Assembly (NCBI GenBank): GCA_037141925.1
Contig: JBAXBS010000003.1
Span: forward strand, 77,542 to 141,541
DNA: 64,000 nucleotides
From: Chitinophagaceae bacterium
Lineage (GTDB): Bacteria; Bacteroidota; Bacteroidia; Chitinophagales; Chitinophagaceae
Reading direction: 5' to 3'
This document shows positions 10,765-21,494 of the stretch, piece after piece. The notes below the pieces were generated by a model. It did no database searches and was not told the DNA's origin. It saw only the letters and a program-made list of their open reading frames with translations. The translations under genes were made by a program, and so were the position numbers. Positions within the stretch are counted from its first letter, which is position 1, and each line of letters begins with the position of its first letter.

Positions 10765-11849
10765 TCCTTGATTTGATACAAGGCCTTGATGGAAGCTTGA
10801 AGTATTTCATTTTTATGCGCCTCGAAAAAATCTAATTTATCCTTAGGCAACCTTAACTCGAAAGTTTTTCCTGTTGCTAATGTTTTTTCTATCTGCGGAT
10901 TTAATTGCAATAATGTATTCAATGGGATACGAACCCACTCCGCAATCACTGCAACACTATATCTTCCTTTAATCATAAGCTTCGAGAGGTTGGCAATGGC
11001 TTCCGGTGAAGTGTACCCTTTTTTATCTGGAAGGATTTTGGTTTGGGTGGCTTGTATTTGATCTGTTTCAAATACATAATTGGTTGCAATAAACTTTTTT
11101 ACATGATCCCGTGTCTCTAGAGGCAGTGAATATTGTATTTCCCAGAAATCCTTAGACTTCATTTTTTGAATCACCTGACGCATTCTTCCAGCGCCTCCAT
11201 TATAGGCGGCAACTACTAATAACCAATCACCAAATTCATCATATAATTCTTTTAAAATAGTGGCGGCAGCAAGGGTGCTTTTTTGATAATCAGTCCGCTC
11301 ATCTACAGGCATTAATTTAAGTCCTAATCTTTGTGCTTCATCGGGCATAATTTGCCAAGGGCCTACCGCACCCGCCGAAGAAACTATATTGCTGCTTAAA
11401 TGACTTTCAATCACACTTAAATATTTCAATTGAGTGGGTATACCTCTACTTTCTAAAATCTGATCATACAAATTAAAATAAGGCTTTGCCCATGATTTCA
11501 TTTTAATTAATTCTGGGCCTTGTTTATCCATATAAGTTTGAATAAAACTAATGGCTTTGTCATTGATCTGATATTGTAATGGATTGTTTTTCACATCCGT
11601 CTTCACCACCGTAAACAAACTTTCAAAATCTACCCTAGGTTGATGAGAACTATCTATTTTAAGATTGGGTTTTTGACTTTTAGCAAGAAGCGAATCTATT
11701 TTTGGGAGACTCTTCTCAGATTTTTTAAACCACTCCTCTTTTTTCTTAGCATCAAAAGTGGAATCATTTTGATATGCAAAAGCGCCCAATTGAAGGAGGA
11801 TACAAATGCCCATTCCTGTTATTCTTACAAAGGATTTCCAATTTTTCAT
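10761..11849 (-). CDS. Lytic transglycosylase (MltD-like SLT domain, no clear LysM repeats)
   Basis: Signal peptide; LSVIES catalytic Glu, GAVGPWQIMP, AAYNGG, ETRDHV motifs. Confidence 0.9.
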   Translation of the reverse strand: MKNWKSFVRITGMGICILLQLGAFAYQNDSTFDAKKKEEWFKKSEKSLPKIDSLLAKSQKPNLKIDSSHQPRVDFESLFTVVKTDVKNNPLQYQINDKAISFIQTYMDKQGPELIKMKSWAKPYFNLYDQILESRGIPTQLKYLSVIESHLSSNIVSSAGAVGPWQIMPDEAQRLGLKLMPVDERTDYQKSTLAAATILKELYDEFGDWLLVVAAYNGGAGRMRQVIQKMKSKDFWEIQYSLPLETRDHVKKFIATNYVFETDQIQATQTKILPDKKGYTSPEAIANLSKLMIKGRYSVAVIAEWVRIPLNTLLQLNPQIEKTLATGKTFELRLPKDKLDFFEAHKNEILQASIKALYQIKD

Positions 11850-13282
11850 GCGCTATGGTTCTTGTTCATTTGGGTAGCACTGAATGCGAGTAAGGCTTCT
11901 TCATGAAAGGAGGCACTCATTACTTGCAAACCAAAAGGCATCCCATTGCTATGTTTGAATAAAGGTATCGAAATAGCAGGTATCCCCACTAAATTGGCAT
12001 ACACCGTGTATATGTCCGCCAAAAACATCTGAGTAGGTGTTTGATTTTTTTCGCCTAAATGAAATGCAGTACTTGGAACGGTAGGTGAAATAAGTATATC
12101 GTATTTTGAAAAAAGTTCTTCTGTAAAGTTAACTAATTGTTTGCGAACTTGTTGCGCCTTGGTGAAGTAGGCATCAAAATATTCGGCACTCAAAACAAAT
12201 GTGCCTAATAAAATACGTCTTTGTACTTCTTCTCCAAAACCTTCTGTTCTGCTTAATTTATACAACTCCGTTAAGTCAGATACAGACTGTTGTGTTCTAT
12301 GACCAAATTTTACTCCATCATATCGTGATAAATTACTAGAAGCTTCTGCGGTCGTTAAAATATAGTAAGTAGGTACTACATAAGATAATAATGAAAAATC
12401 AATAGCTTCCACTGTATATCCATTTTGTTCTAATTCTTTGATAGAAGCAATGAATTGAGATTTCATTTCAGGATCCAAATCCGGATGTGAAATAGTTTCT
12501 TTAAAGTATACTACCTTTTTGGGAGTCCCTATTGTAAGTGGAGAATAAGTGGGTACAGGTAAATTGGAAACCGTACTATCCATTTCATCTTGACCAGCAA
12601 TCGTTTCTAAAACAATCGCTGCATCTTCTACCGATTTTGAAAAAATTCCAATTTGATCAAATGAAGAAGCATAGGCTATTAATCCATATCTTGAAATACG
12701 ACCATAACTTGGTTTTAATCCTACCACTCCGCAAAAGTCGGCAGGCTGACGTACCGAACCACCCGTATCAGACCCTAAGCTCACCATACACATATCCATT
12801 TGCACTCCAACCGCTGAGCCACCAGAGGAACCACCTGGTACTTTATCAGGATCAAGTCCGTTTTTAACTGGACCAAATGCCGAATTTTCATTGCTACTTC
12901 CCATCGCAAATTCGTCGCAGTTTTGTCTTCCAATAATAATAGCACCTTCCACCAATAATTTTTCAATTGCAGAAGCGGAATACACAGCTGTATAATTTTC
13001 TAATATTTTGGAAGCGGCAGATACTTTATGATCTTTATAACATAGTACATCTTTGATACCCACTACTACCCCATGTAATTTTCCCATAGGAATCCCTTGC
13101 GCTCTTGATGCATCTAATTCAAGAGCACGTTTTTGGGCTTCTTCACTAAAAACTTCTAGAAAAGAATGAAGTGAACTATTTTTTTCAATTTGGGATAAAT
13201 AAAAATCAACTACCTGCGCACAGGAAAGTTGATTGACTTGCAATGCAGCATGATAGTCTTTGATTGTAGTAAAACGAAACAA
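11846..13282 (-). CDS. gatA: Asp-tRNA(Asn)/Glu-tRNA(Gln) amidotransferase subunit A
   Basis: PGGSSGGSA, GSDTGGSVRQPA, SSNLSRYDG, EVQRRILLG; TTG start. Confidence 0.96.
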   Translation of the reverse strand: MFRFTTIKDYHAALQVNQLSCAQVVDFYLSQIEKNSSLHSFLEVFSEEAQKRALELDASRAQGIPMGKLHGVVVGIKDVLCYKDHKVSAASKILENYTAVYSASAIEKLLVEGAIIIGRQNCDEFAMGSSNENSAFGPVKNGLDPDKVPGGSSGGSAVGVQMDMCMVSLGSDTGGSVRQPADFCGVVGLKPSYGRISRYGLIAYASSFDQIGIFSKSVEDAAIVLETIAGQDEMDSTVSNLPVPTYSPLTIGTPKKVVYFKETISHPDLDPEMKSQFIASIKELEQNGYTVEAIDFSLLSYVVPTYYILTTAEASSNLSRYDGVKFGHRTQQSVSDLTELYKLSRTEGFGEEVQRRILLGTFVLSAEYFDAYFTKAQQVRKQLVNFTEELFSKYDILISPTVPSTAFHLGEKNQTPTQMFLADIYTVYANLVGIPAISIPLFKHSNGMPFGLQVMSASFHEEALLAFSATQMNKNHSA

Positions 13283-13352
13283 AGGCTAATAATTAAATAG
13301 ATAAAAATAAATGGAGAACCGAATCAAAAAATAAAACTAGCAAATAAAAGTA

Positions 13353-13541
13353 CTATGCCCCTTTTTCATCTTTTTCTTTAATCCCATCTTCGATTTCTTT
13401 CTTTACATTGTTTTTAGCATCGTTGAATTCACGGATACCCTTTCCTAATCCACGCATGAATTCAGGAATTTTACGTCCGCCAAACATCACTAAAATAACC
13501 ACCCCGATAATTAATAATTCTTGAAATCCTAAGTTGCCCAT
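13353..13541 (-). CDS. tatA: Twin-arginine translocase TatA/E subunit
   Basis: TM helix then FGG-KIPE-MRGLGKGIREF. Confidence 0.95.
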   Translation of the reverse strand: MGNLGFQELLIIGVVILVMFGGRKIPEFMRGLGKGIREFNDAKNNVKKEIEDGIKEKDEKGA

Positions 13542-13625
13542 AATGTTAAATTTAGAATAATAAAGGTAAGGTAATTATAAAACAGATACATCAATTTTTT
13601 AAGCCAATTAAGCTCATTAAAGCAT

Positions 13626-13654
13626 AAAAAAGCGACCCAAAAATGAGTCGCTTT
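13626..13654 (-). terminator. Intrinsic terminator after rplS
   Basis: Minus strand AAAGCGACTC-loop-GGGTCGCTTT, ending in a T6 tract. Confidence 0.7.
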
Positions 13655-13730
13655 AGTATAAATTAATCTATTATATAATCTTTCAAGGAATCTATTGTCA
13701 GTTGGGGTGAAATTGCTCCTCGAAAAAATA

Positions 13731-14081
13731 CTAGAATCTTTTTTCCTTGATACGTGCGCTTTTTCCGCTTCTGTCACGTAAGTAGTACAATTTAGCACGA
13801 CGAACTTTACCAGATTTGTTTAACACGATAGAATCGATATTAGGGGATAAAAAAGGGAATAAACGTTCTACGCCTACTCCATCAGATATTTTACGTACTG
13901 TAAAAGACGCAGTAGCACCGGTTCCTTGTGATTTAATCACATCTCCACGGAAGCTTTGAATACGTTCTTTACCACCCTCTACGATTTTGTAGTTTACGGT
14001 AATATTATCACCAGCTTTAAATGCTGGGTAGTCTTTTTTTGCGGTCAATTGTTCGTGTACGAACTTTACGGCTGCGCTCAT
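13731..14081 (-). CDS. rplS: 50S ribosomal protein L19
   Basis: [29 protein letters not shown]; TACCTTTG promoter at 14104-14111. Confidence 0.99.
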   Translation of the reverse strand: MSAAVKFVHEQLTAKKDYPAFKAGDNITVNYKIVEGGKERIQSFRGDVIKSQGTGATASFTVRKISDGVGVERLFPFLSPNIDSIVLNKSGKVRRAKLYYLRDRSGKSARIKEKRF

Positions 14082-14162
14082 AATTCTTATTTTTTGCGGA
14101 CGGCAAAGGTAGGCGAACCCTCCTTATTATCCAAATTATTTGATTCAAAATTAATTATCCCC

Positions 14163-15728
14163 CTATCTAGCAATGTTTACGGCTCTTTTCTCACGGATCA
14201 CAGTGACCTTAATTTGACCAGGATAGGTCATTTCGGTCTGGATCTTTTGGGCTATTTCAAAGCTCAATTGGTCAGAAGTTTGATCAGACACTTTTTCAGC
14301 CTCCACAATCACCCTTAATTCACGTCCCGCTTGGATCGCATAAGCTTTTTCTACCCCTTGGTAGTTCATAGCCAAGTTTTCTAAGTCCTTGATTCTCTGA
14401 ATGTATTGTTGCATAATTTCCCTTCTAGCCCCTGGTCTTGCCCCGCTAATAGCATCACAAGCTTGGATAATAGGTGAAATCACGTATTGCATTTCCATTT
14501 CATCGTGGTGGGCTCCAATGGCATTCACTACGGCAGGATTTTCCCCATATTTTTCAGCCAATTTAGCACCTAATAATGCGTGGCTTAATTCTGTTTCTTC
14601 GTCAGGTACTTTACCAATATCATGTAGTAATCCGGCACGTTTTGCTAATTTAGGATTCAATCCTAATTCAGCTGCCATAATTCCACATAAATTAGCTGTC
14701 TCACGACTATGCATCAATAAGTTTTGACCATAAGAAGAACGGAATCGCATTTTACCAATGATTCTAATTAACTCCTTATGTAAACCATGAATTCCTAATT
14801 CTATGACAGTTCGTTCTCCAATCTCAGCAATTTGATCTTCTAACTGACGACGCGTTTTTTCAACCACTTCTTCAATACGAGCAGGGTGAATACGACCGTC
14901 GGCAACTAAACGTTGCAAACTTAAACGAGCAATTTCACGACGCAATGGATCAAAAGAAGAAAGCAAGATGGCTTCTGGTGTATCATCTACAATTAAATCT
15001 ACTCCAGTAGCTGCTTCAATGGCGCGAATGTTACGTCCTTCACGTCCAATGATTTGACCTTTCATTTCATCTGATTCCAAATTAAATACAGTCACTGTAT
15101 TTTCAATAGCCACTTCGGCCGCAGTGCGTTGAATTGATTGTATAATAATTTTGCGTGCTTCTTTATTCGCCTTTTGTTTGGCATCTTCAATAATTTCTTG
15201 TTGAAGTGATAAAGCTTGTGTCTGAGCCTCATTCTTAAGGCTTTCAATTAATTGTTGTCTCGCATCATCCGCACTTAAGTTGGCAATTTTTTCCAAACGA
15301 CGAATGTGCTCTTCTTGGTGTTTTTCTAATTCGGTGCGTTTCAAATTCACCAATTCAGTTTGGCGATTTAAGTTTTCCTTGATGGCTTCATTGTCTTTTA
15401 CTTGCTTATCAATAGAAGCTTCTTTTTGATTGATCGTAATTTCTTTTTGCTTAATTCTATTTTCAGCTTCCCCCATTTTTTTGTTCTTATCTAAGACCTC
15501 ACGATCATGATCGGCTTTCAATTGAACAAAACGTTCTTTTGCCTCCAGCTGCTTTTCCTTTTTAATAGTTTCAGCTCTGAGTTCGGTTTCCTTTAAAATG
15601 TTAGCAGCTTGTGCTTCAGCGTCTTCGACTTGTTTCTTGGTATTGCGGGCAAATACTAATTTCCCGACGAGCACCCCTCCCAATAAGGAGGCACCTCCAA
15701 TGATGACAAATAATATTGTTTGATCCAT
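14163..15728 (-). CDS. rny: Ribonuclease Y
   Basis: N-terminal TM helix, coiled coil, KH domain ([10 protein letters not shown]), HD domain (LLHDIGK), AIQAGRE. Confidence 0.98.
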   Translation of the reverse strand: MDQTILFVIIGGASLLGGVLVGKLVFARNTKKQVEDAEAQAANILKETELRAETIKKEKQLEAKERFVQLKADHDREVLDKNKKMGEAENRIKQKEITINQKEASIDKQVKDNEAIKENLNRQTELVNLKRTELEKHQEEHIRRLEKIANLSADDARQQLIESLKNEAQTQALSLQQEIIEDAKQKANKEARKIIIQSIQRTAAEVAIENTVTVFNLESDEMKGQIIGREGRNIRAIEAATGVDLIVDDTPEAILLSSFDPLRREIARLSLQRLVADGRIHPARIEEVVEKTRRQLEDQIAEIGERTVIELGIHGLHKELIRIIGKMRFRSSYGQNLLMHSRETANLCGIMAAELGLNPKLAKRAGLLHDIGKVPDEETELSHALLGAKLAEKYGENPAVVNAIGAHHDEMEMQYVISPIIQACDAISGARPGARREIMQQYIQRIKDLENLAMNYQGVEKAYAIQAGRELRVIVEAEKVSDQTSDQLSFEIAQKIQTEMTYPGQIKVTVIREKRAVNIAR

Positions 15729-15760
15729 TGTTTAATTCTTGTGTTTTTAAAATAATACAT

Positions 15761-15951
15761 ACTCCCCTTTTTCTTAGTTAATGAAGTTCCTACATTAAGC
15801 CAATATTATATATAAATCGTTGATAGTCACCTATAGCAAGCTTCGTTCACACAAAAATTACAAGATGACGTATTTTGATTTTTTATAATGCGTCAAAGGT
15901 TCAGGTACGAAGATAAATTAAATAATGGAAACTCAGAGCCCGAAGGGAGGC
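15761..15951 (-). ncRNA. ssrS: Probable 6S RNA
   Basis: About 190 nt between zapA and rny; the ends pair (CUCCCUU/AGGGGAG; UGAGUUUCC/GGAACUUCA); internal arms and a UGAACC motif; zapA-adjacent location is typical of 6S. No covariance search was run. Confidence 0.55.
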
Positions 15952-15953
15952 AA

Positions 15954-16265
15954 TTATGTCATAGAAAGCGCCTTTTCTACCCAAGTAGTAAGTGTTTCTA
16001 TCTGATTTTGAGCATTTTCTATCTCATATAGGTTTTGTCCAGTCTTTTGTTGCTCGGTGGTGAACCATAAAAGGACCATAGAAATATAATCCTGCATATC
16101 CTTACCCGCATAGGCATTTTTGAATTCGACCATCTTCTGGTTAATCAAGGCGGCAGTATTACGCACTGTCTCCTCATCCTTTGCGTCAATTTTCACTCGA
16201 TAGGTACGATCTGCAATTGTGATATTGATAGGAATCAAATTAGGTGAAGGGTTCGTATCGGACAT
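15954..16265 (-). CDS. zapA: Cell division protein ZapA
   Basis: INITIADRTY..., EETVR..A..IN, C-terminal coil; pheT-zapB-zapA-rny order. Confidence 0.88.
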   Translation of the reverse strand: MSDTNPSPNLIPINITIADRTYRVKIDAKDEETVRNTAALINQKMVEFKNAYAGKDMQDYISMVLLWFTTEQQKTGQNLYEIENAQNQIETLTTWVEKALSMT

Positions 16266-16268
16266 GGT

Positions 16269-16556
16269 TTAGGGATTCAAGTTTTTAATAGCCGAATCAA
16301 TTTCCTTAATGTATTGGTCAATTTTATGTACCATTTTTTCCTTCTCAGCAGGATTCATTTCGGAATGATTCATCATAGTGGCCGCTAATTTGGATTGTTC
16401 TTCTACTAATTTTTGCTGCAAGTCTTGGACCTGCTCTTCTTTTTTAGCAACCTGTACTTGCAATTGCTGATGCTCTTTTTCGAGGGAAGCAAACCGCTTT
16501 AGCAGCAGCTGTAGCTTTTCCTGTAATAGAGATAAAGAAGGTTGTAAATCAATCAT
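16269..16556 (-). CDS. Coiled-coil protein, ZapB-like
   Basis: Heptad pattern, KIDQYIKEID C-terminus, position upstream of zapA; ATG at 16556 preferred. Confidence 0.75.
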   Translation of the reverse strand: MIDLQPSLSLLQEKLQLLLKRFASLEKEHQQLQVQVAKKEEQVQDLQQKLVEEQSKLAATMMNHSEMNPAEKEKMVHKIDQYIKEIDSAIKNLNP

Positions 16557-16583
16557 GCACAAAATTTGATAGAATGAATTTAG

Positions 16584-18995
16584 TTATTTTCTGATTTCTG
16601 CTTGAATATTTTTTTCAAATAATGAAATCATTTTACCCATCATCTTTTCAATTTCACTATCAGTCAATGTTTTGTCTTCCCCATTGAATACAAAATTGAT
16701 GGCCACCGATTTTTTTTGATACCCTAACTTTTCACTTTCAAACACATCAAATACTCGCGTATCTTTAAGTGCAGAAAGCTTTGCTTCTTTAATACAAGAC
16801 TGAATGGCATCATAGGAAGTAGCCTGATCAAGAACTAAAGCAAGGTCTCTTTCAATGGAAGGGTACTTTGAAATTTCTTGATAGACCACTTTTTGTTGCT
16901 GATAACTTTGTAATAAAGCTGCAAGCTCCCATTGTATATATACAACCGGCTGCTTAATGCCAAATGCTTGTAATTTTTTACCCCCTACTACTTCTAAACA
17001 GCCGAGATTTTTTTTATTCCACACCAATGAAACTTTTCCTGGAGCTGCATTTTGAAAATCAACATTTTTAAGACCTAATAATTCAAAGATAGATTGAGCT
17101 ATCCCTTTCGCCACAAAAAAATCTTGTTCTACCCCTTTACTTCTCCAACCTTCTTCAAAAGATTTTCCTGAAATATAAACGGCCAATTGTTCATTTTCAT
17201 AATAATTTCCTGACTTCGATTTTCCATACACTTTTCCTATTTCAAAAAATGAAATGGAAGTATTTTTGCGATTCACATTGTAGGCAATACTCTCCAATCC
17301 AGTTTCTAACATAGAAGGTCGCATGACATCTAATTCAGCACTTAGATTATTCAACATTTTTACAGAAGAGGATAAAACTTCTTCAGAAAAATAAGCACTA
17401 TGGGTAATGGAATTCGTCAAAATTTCGGTGTACCCACGCCCCACTAAAAATTGAGCAATTTTATCTTTAAACTTTTCTTTCGCCTCCAAAGGATCTATCG
17501 AAGGACTCATAGTGATAGAAGTAGGAATAGCAATATTATCTAAGCCATCAATTCTCAAAATTTCTTCCACAAGATCGGCAGGGATACTAATATCTGGTTT
17601 ATGATAAGGCACTGCAACTTCAATGCCGGCTTCGGTTTCCTGTAAGATGTCAAACCCTAAACTTGTTAAAATAATTTTTACTTGTTGCGGCGTATATACT
17701 TTGCCTCCCAATTTTTTTAAGTAGGCAAAGGTGAATGTAACTTTTACTTTTTGTGCAGGTTGCGGATATACATCTACCACTTCACTACAAGTGCCTCCTG
17801 CAATATCTTGTATCATTTGCGCAGCTCGTTCAAGTACTTTGACGGTACCTGCAATATCCACTCCTTTTTCAAAACGAGTAGCCGCATCGGTTCTCAAACC
17901 ATGATGAACCGATGTTTTACGAATATGTACATTTTCAAACCATGCACTTTCTAAAAAGATAGCAGTCGTTGTTTCTTTGACACCACTTGAAATGCCTCCA
18001 AACACACCTGCAATACACATCGGTTTATCGATATCATTGATTGTTAAATCATTTGCTGTTAAGGTTCTTTCAGTTCCGTCTAAAGTGGTGAACTTAGTGC
18101 CTGCTGCATTCTTTTTTACAACGATGGTTTGACCTTTTATTTGAGCTGCATCAAAAGCATGCATTGGTTGCCCTGTCTCATGTAAAATAAAATTAGTAAT
18201 GTCTACTATGTTGTTGATAGACCTTACACCAATAGCTTGTAATTTATTTTTCAACCAAGTGGGTGATGCTTTTACAGTGACCCCTTGAATGACTAATCCA
18301 CTATATCGCGCACATGCTTTTTCATCTTCAATCATCACTTTATACGGAGCTACGCTATTATCTTTTTGTAAAGTAATGTGGAGTGGACTTTTAGCTTGTA
18401 CCGGACTTTCATGATAAGACAAATAGGCGCAAACATCTTTGGCAACTCCAAAATGACTCATGGCATCCATGCGATTAGGAGTCAATCCAATTTCATAAAT
18501 CCAATCTTCATAATATTCATAAATGTCGGCTACTGAAGATCCTACTGCTATATCAGAAGATAAAACTATAATTCCTGCATGATCATCACTCACTCCAATT
18601 TCATCTTCGGCACAAATCATTCCTTCACTTTCCTCTCCTCTAATTTTTGCCAATTTCATGGTGACGCCTTCTTCTTTTCCATGAGGATAAATAGTAGCTC
18701 CCACAGGCGCCAGCACAACTTTTTGACCTACTGCTACATTGGAAGCGCCGCACACTACTTTTAAAGGAGCTTCTTTACCAATATTTACTTTTGTCAATTT
18801 TAATTTATCTGCATTGGGATGTTGCACCACTTCCAATACTTCACCTACCACTAAACCTGCCAAGCCACCCTTGAAGTTTTCGTAACGCTCCAAAGACTCT
18901 ACTTCTAACCCTATCGAAGTTAATATAGTAGATAATTTCTCGGGATGAATGGTTTGCGGCAAATATTCGCTAAGCCAGCGATAACTAATGGTCAT
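16584..18995 (-). CDS. pheT: Phenylalanine--tRNA ligase beta subunit
   Basis: HPNADKL, VVCGASNV, GLTPNRMD, RFEKGVD, FDX-ACB C-terminus; TATTTTTG promoter at 19019-19026. Confidence 0.98.
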   Translation of the reverse strand: MTISYRWLSEYLPQTIHPEKLSTILTSIGLEVESLERYENFKGGLAGLVVGEVLEVVQHPNADKLKLTKVNIGKEAPLKVVCGASNVAVGQKVVLAPVGATIYPHGKEEGVTMKLAKIRGEESEGMICAEDEIGVSDDHAGIIVLSSDIAVGSSVADIYEYYEDWIYEIGLTPNRMDAMSHFGVAKDVCAYLSYHESPVQAKSPLHITLQKDNSVAPYKVMIEDEKACARYSGLVIQGVTVKASPTWLKNKLQAIGVRSINNIVDITNFILHETGQPMHAFDAAQIKGQTIVVKKNAAGTKFTTLDGTERTLTANDLTINDIDKPMCIAGVFGGISSGVKETTTAIFLESAWFENVHIRKTSVHHGLRTDAATRFEKGVDIAGTVKVLERAAQMIQDIAGGTCSEVVDVYPQPAQKVKVTFTFAYLKKLGGKVYTPQQVKIILTSLGFDILQETEAGIEVAVPYHKPDISIPADLVEEILRIDGLDNIAIPTSITMSPSIDPLEAKEKFKDKIAQFLVGRGYTEILTNSITHSAYFSEEVLSSSVKMLNNLSAELDVMRPSMLETGLESIAYNVNRKNTSISFFEIGKVYGKSKSGNYYENEQLAVYISGKSFEEGWRSKGVEQDFFVAKGIAQSIFELLGLKNVDFQNAAPGKVSLVWNKKNLGCLEVVGGKKLQAFGIKQPVVYIQWELAALLQSYQQQKVVYQEISKYPSIERDLALVLDQATSYDAIQSCIKEAKLSALKDTRVFDVFESEKLGYQKKSVAINFVFNGEDKTLTDSEIEKMMGKMISLFEKNIQAEIRK

Positions 18996-19193
18996 ACTTC
19001 AACTTTATGGTATAGCTTCAAAAATACAAAAAAGGGGGTGAATAACCTCAAAGTTAGGGTGTACAACTAGGGGATAACTCGAATTTTATGTGAATTCCAT
19101 ATCTAGCCCCTTGTTAAAAACGGGGTTGCAAAACTAAATTTCATGAAGTCCTAATTTGGTTTGATTTTCGCAGTAGTAAAAATGCTTCTATTT

Positions 19194-20756
19194 ATGGCCC
19201 TTCCCAATATCAATACCAACCGTACCAAAAAGAAACCCAGCGTTGATATCAGTAACATGATGTACGGAAAAATTCCGCCACAGGTGAGAGAATTAGAAGA
19301 AGCAGTTTTGGGTGCCATACTATTAGAAAAAAGTGCATTTGATACGGTTACAGAAATTTTAAAACCAGAATGTTTTTATGTCGAAGGGCATCAGTTGATA
19401 TATAGATCTATGCAAAGCCTTCAGCAAAAAAATATGCCTATTGATATGTTGACGGTGGTGGAAGAATTAAAAATGCAAGAGCATCTAGATATAGTGGGGG
19501 GTGCTTATTACATTTCAAAATTAACCAATGTTGTGGTTTCTACTGCCAACATTGAAGCACATGCGCGTATCGTTTTACAAAAATTTATTCAAAGAGAATT
19601 AATACGTATCAGTGGCGAAGTCATTGCGAATGCTTACGAGGATAGCACGGACGTTTTTGACTTATTGGATGATAGTGAAACTAAAATGTTTAATATCACG
19701 AATAACTATTTAAAAAAGAATTTCGTTGATATTGGAAATGCATTAGCTACTGCGATTAATCGTATTGATGAACTCAGAACTAAGAAGGATGAAATTTCAG
19801 GGGTACCTAGTGGATACGCAAGCCTAGACAGAATTACCTACGGATGGCAACCCACCGATTTGATTATTTTAGCAGCTCGTCCTTCGGTAGGTAAAACTGC
19901 ATTTGCTTTAAACTTAGCACGTAATGCTGCTTTACATCCTACCAAACCACAACCTGTTGGATTTTTTAGTTTGGAGATGAGTGCGTCTCAATTAGTACAA
20001 AGAATTTTAAGTGCTGAAAGTGAAATTAAAATGGAAAAAATTTCACGTGGTAAATTAGAGGATTACGAGTACCAACAATTGCATGCCAAAGGGATTAAAA
20101 AATTAGAGTCTGCTCCTATTTATATTGACGATACGGCTGCCTTAAATATTTTTGAATTTAGAGCGAAGGCCAGAAGATTGGTGAATAAACATCATGTTAA
20201 AATAATTATCATTGATTACTTGCAATTAATGAGTGGATCGGGTGATCGTAATTCAAATCGTGAACAAGAAATTAGTAATATCTCGCGAAGTTTAAAAGCT
20301 TTAGCAAAAGAATTAAATATTCCTATCATCGCATTATCTCAATTAAGTCGTGCGGTAGAAACCAGAAAGGAAAGTAAGATGCCGCAATTGAGTGACTTAC
20401 GTGAATCAGGAGCCATTGAACAAGATGCCGATATGGTTATGTTTATTTATCGTCCCGAATATTACGAAGTAATGAGCAATGAAATGGGAGAAAGCACACA
20501 AGGTGAAACACATATTCGTATAGCGAAGCATCGTAATGGTTCCTTGGATTTAATCAAATTGAGAGCCCGATTAGATATTCAAAGATTTGAAGAATGGGAT
20601 GGCGAATCTGGCATTCCAGGTTTAGGAAATAATTTCAAACCTATTTCATCCACAGGCAATACTGCAGCAGGAGATGGTGGCAGATTTTTTATTCAAGGAA
20701 GTAAAATGAATGAAGGAGAATTTGACGAAGGATTGAATGAAGACCAACCTTTTTAA
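19194..20756 (+). CDS. dnaB: Replicative DNA helicase
   Basis: AARPSVGKT, IDYLQL, SDLRESGAIEQDAD, AKHRNG; no intein; ATG 19194 preferred as start. Confidence 0.98.
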   Translation: MALPNINTNRTKKKPSVDISNMMYGKIPPQVRELEEAVLGAILLEKSAFDTVTEILKPECFYVEGHQLIYRSMQSLQQKNMPIDMLTVVEELKMQEHLDIVGGAYYISKLTNVVVSTANIEAHARIVLQKFIQRELIRISGEVIANAYEDSTDVFDLLDDSETKMFNITNNYLKKNFVDIGNALATAINRIDELRTKKDEISGVPSGYASLDRITYGWQPTDLIILAARPSVGKTAFALNLARNAALHPTKPQPVGFFSLEMSASQLVQRILSAESEIKMEKISRGKLEDYEYQQLHAKGIKKLESAPIYIDDTAALNIFEFRAKARRLVNKHHVKIIIIDYLQLMSGSGDRNSNREQEISNISRSLKALAKELNIPIIALSQLSRAVETRKESKMPQLSDLRESGAIEQDADMVMFIYRPEYYEVMSNEMGESTQGETHIRIAKHRNGSLDLIKLRARLDIQRFEEWDGESGIPGLGNNFKPISSTGNTAAGDGGRFFIQGSKMNEGEFDEGLNEDQPF

Positions 20757-20783
20757 AAGGAACCTCAACGAATAACTCATTTT

Positions 20784-21485
20784 ATGTCTGTACCTTATTT
20801 TTACGAATCACTTGTCGCGCCCGGTCTGACTCATTTCACTTTAAGTGAGGAAAGTAGCAAACACGCCATTCAAGTATTAAGGTTGCAAGAAGGCGACCGC
20901 CTAGATATCACCAATGGTAAAGGAGATTTATTGGAAGCCACTGTACAAAGTGCAGATAAAAAAAATACCATTGTAAAAGTGCTTCAACAAAAAAGCATAG
21001 CAGCCCCTGCTCAAAAAATAATTTTAGGAATCTCTGTTTTAAAAAACGCTACAAGATTAGAATGGTTGTTTGAAAAAGCAACTGAAATGGGGGTGACACA
21101 AATCATTCCGATTATTTGTCATCGCACGATTCATGAAAGATTCAAGATGGAAAGAATGCAAGGCATTTTACAATCTGCCATGATTCAAAGTCAACAAGTA
21201 TGGTTGCCTCAATTAGCAGCGCCCCAATCGTTTTCGGATTTTATCCAAAATACCCAAGCGACTCAAAAATTGATTGCCCATTGCGAAGAAGCGGAGAAAG
21301 TTAATATCAAAAATATAAAACCTTCTTCTGACTTGGCTTTACTCATTGGCCCCGAAGGCGATTTCACTCCAGATGAAATTCAAGCAGCCATTTTAGCTCA
21401 ATATATTCCTATTCATTTAGGCCCTACCCGATTAAGAACAGAAACTGCAGGCATTTTTGCATTAAGTGTTTTGAAAATATTTTAA
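20784..21485 (+). CDS. rsmE: 16S rRNA m3U1498 methyltransferase
   Basis: HAIQVLR, EKATEMGV, IGPEGDF, LRTETA. Confidence 0.96.
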   Translation: MSVPYFYESLVAPGLTHFTLSEESSKHAIQVLRLQEGDRLDITNGKGDLLEATVQSADKKNTIVKVLQQKSIAAPAQKIILGISVLKNATRLEWLFEKATEMGVTQIIPIICHRTIHERFKMERMQGILQSAMIQSQQVWLPQLAAPQSFSDFIQNTQATQKLIAHCEEAEKVNIKNIKPSSDLALLIGPEGDFTPDEIQAAILAQYIPIHLGPTRLRTETAGIFALSVLKIF

Positions 21486-21494
21486 TTTGCAATC

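Noticed and set aside
13529-13798. 89-aa minus-strand ORF bridging rplS and tatA
   Set aside because: It overlaps both genes out of frame, runs through the rplS terminator, and has no recognisable features.
19030-19125. DnaA-box-like 9-mers between pheT and dnaB (e.g. TTATTCACC at 19037-19045 on the minus strand)
   Set aside because: All carry 1-2 mismatches and there is no clear unwinding element. This is insufficient for oriC; DnaA regulation of dnaB is possible but unsupported.
19194-20756. Intein in DnaB
   Set aside because: Length is normal and the motifs are contiguous; the extra residues form a low-complexity C-terminal tail.
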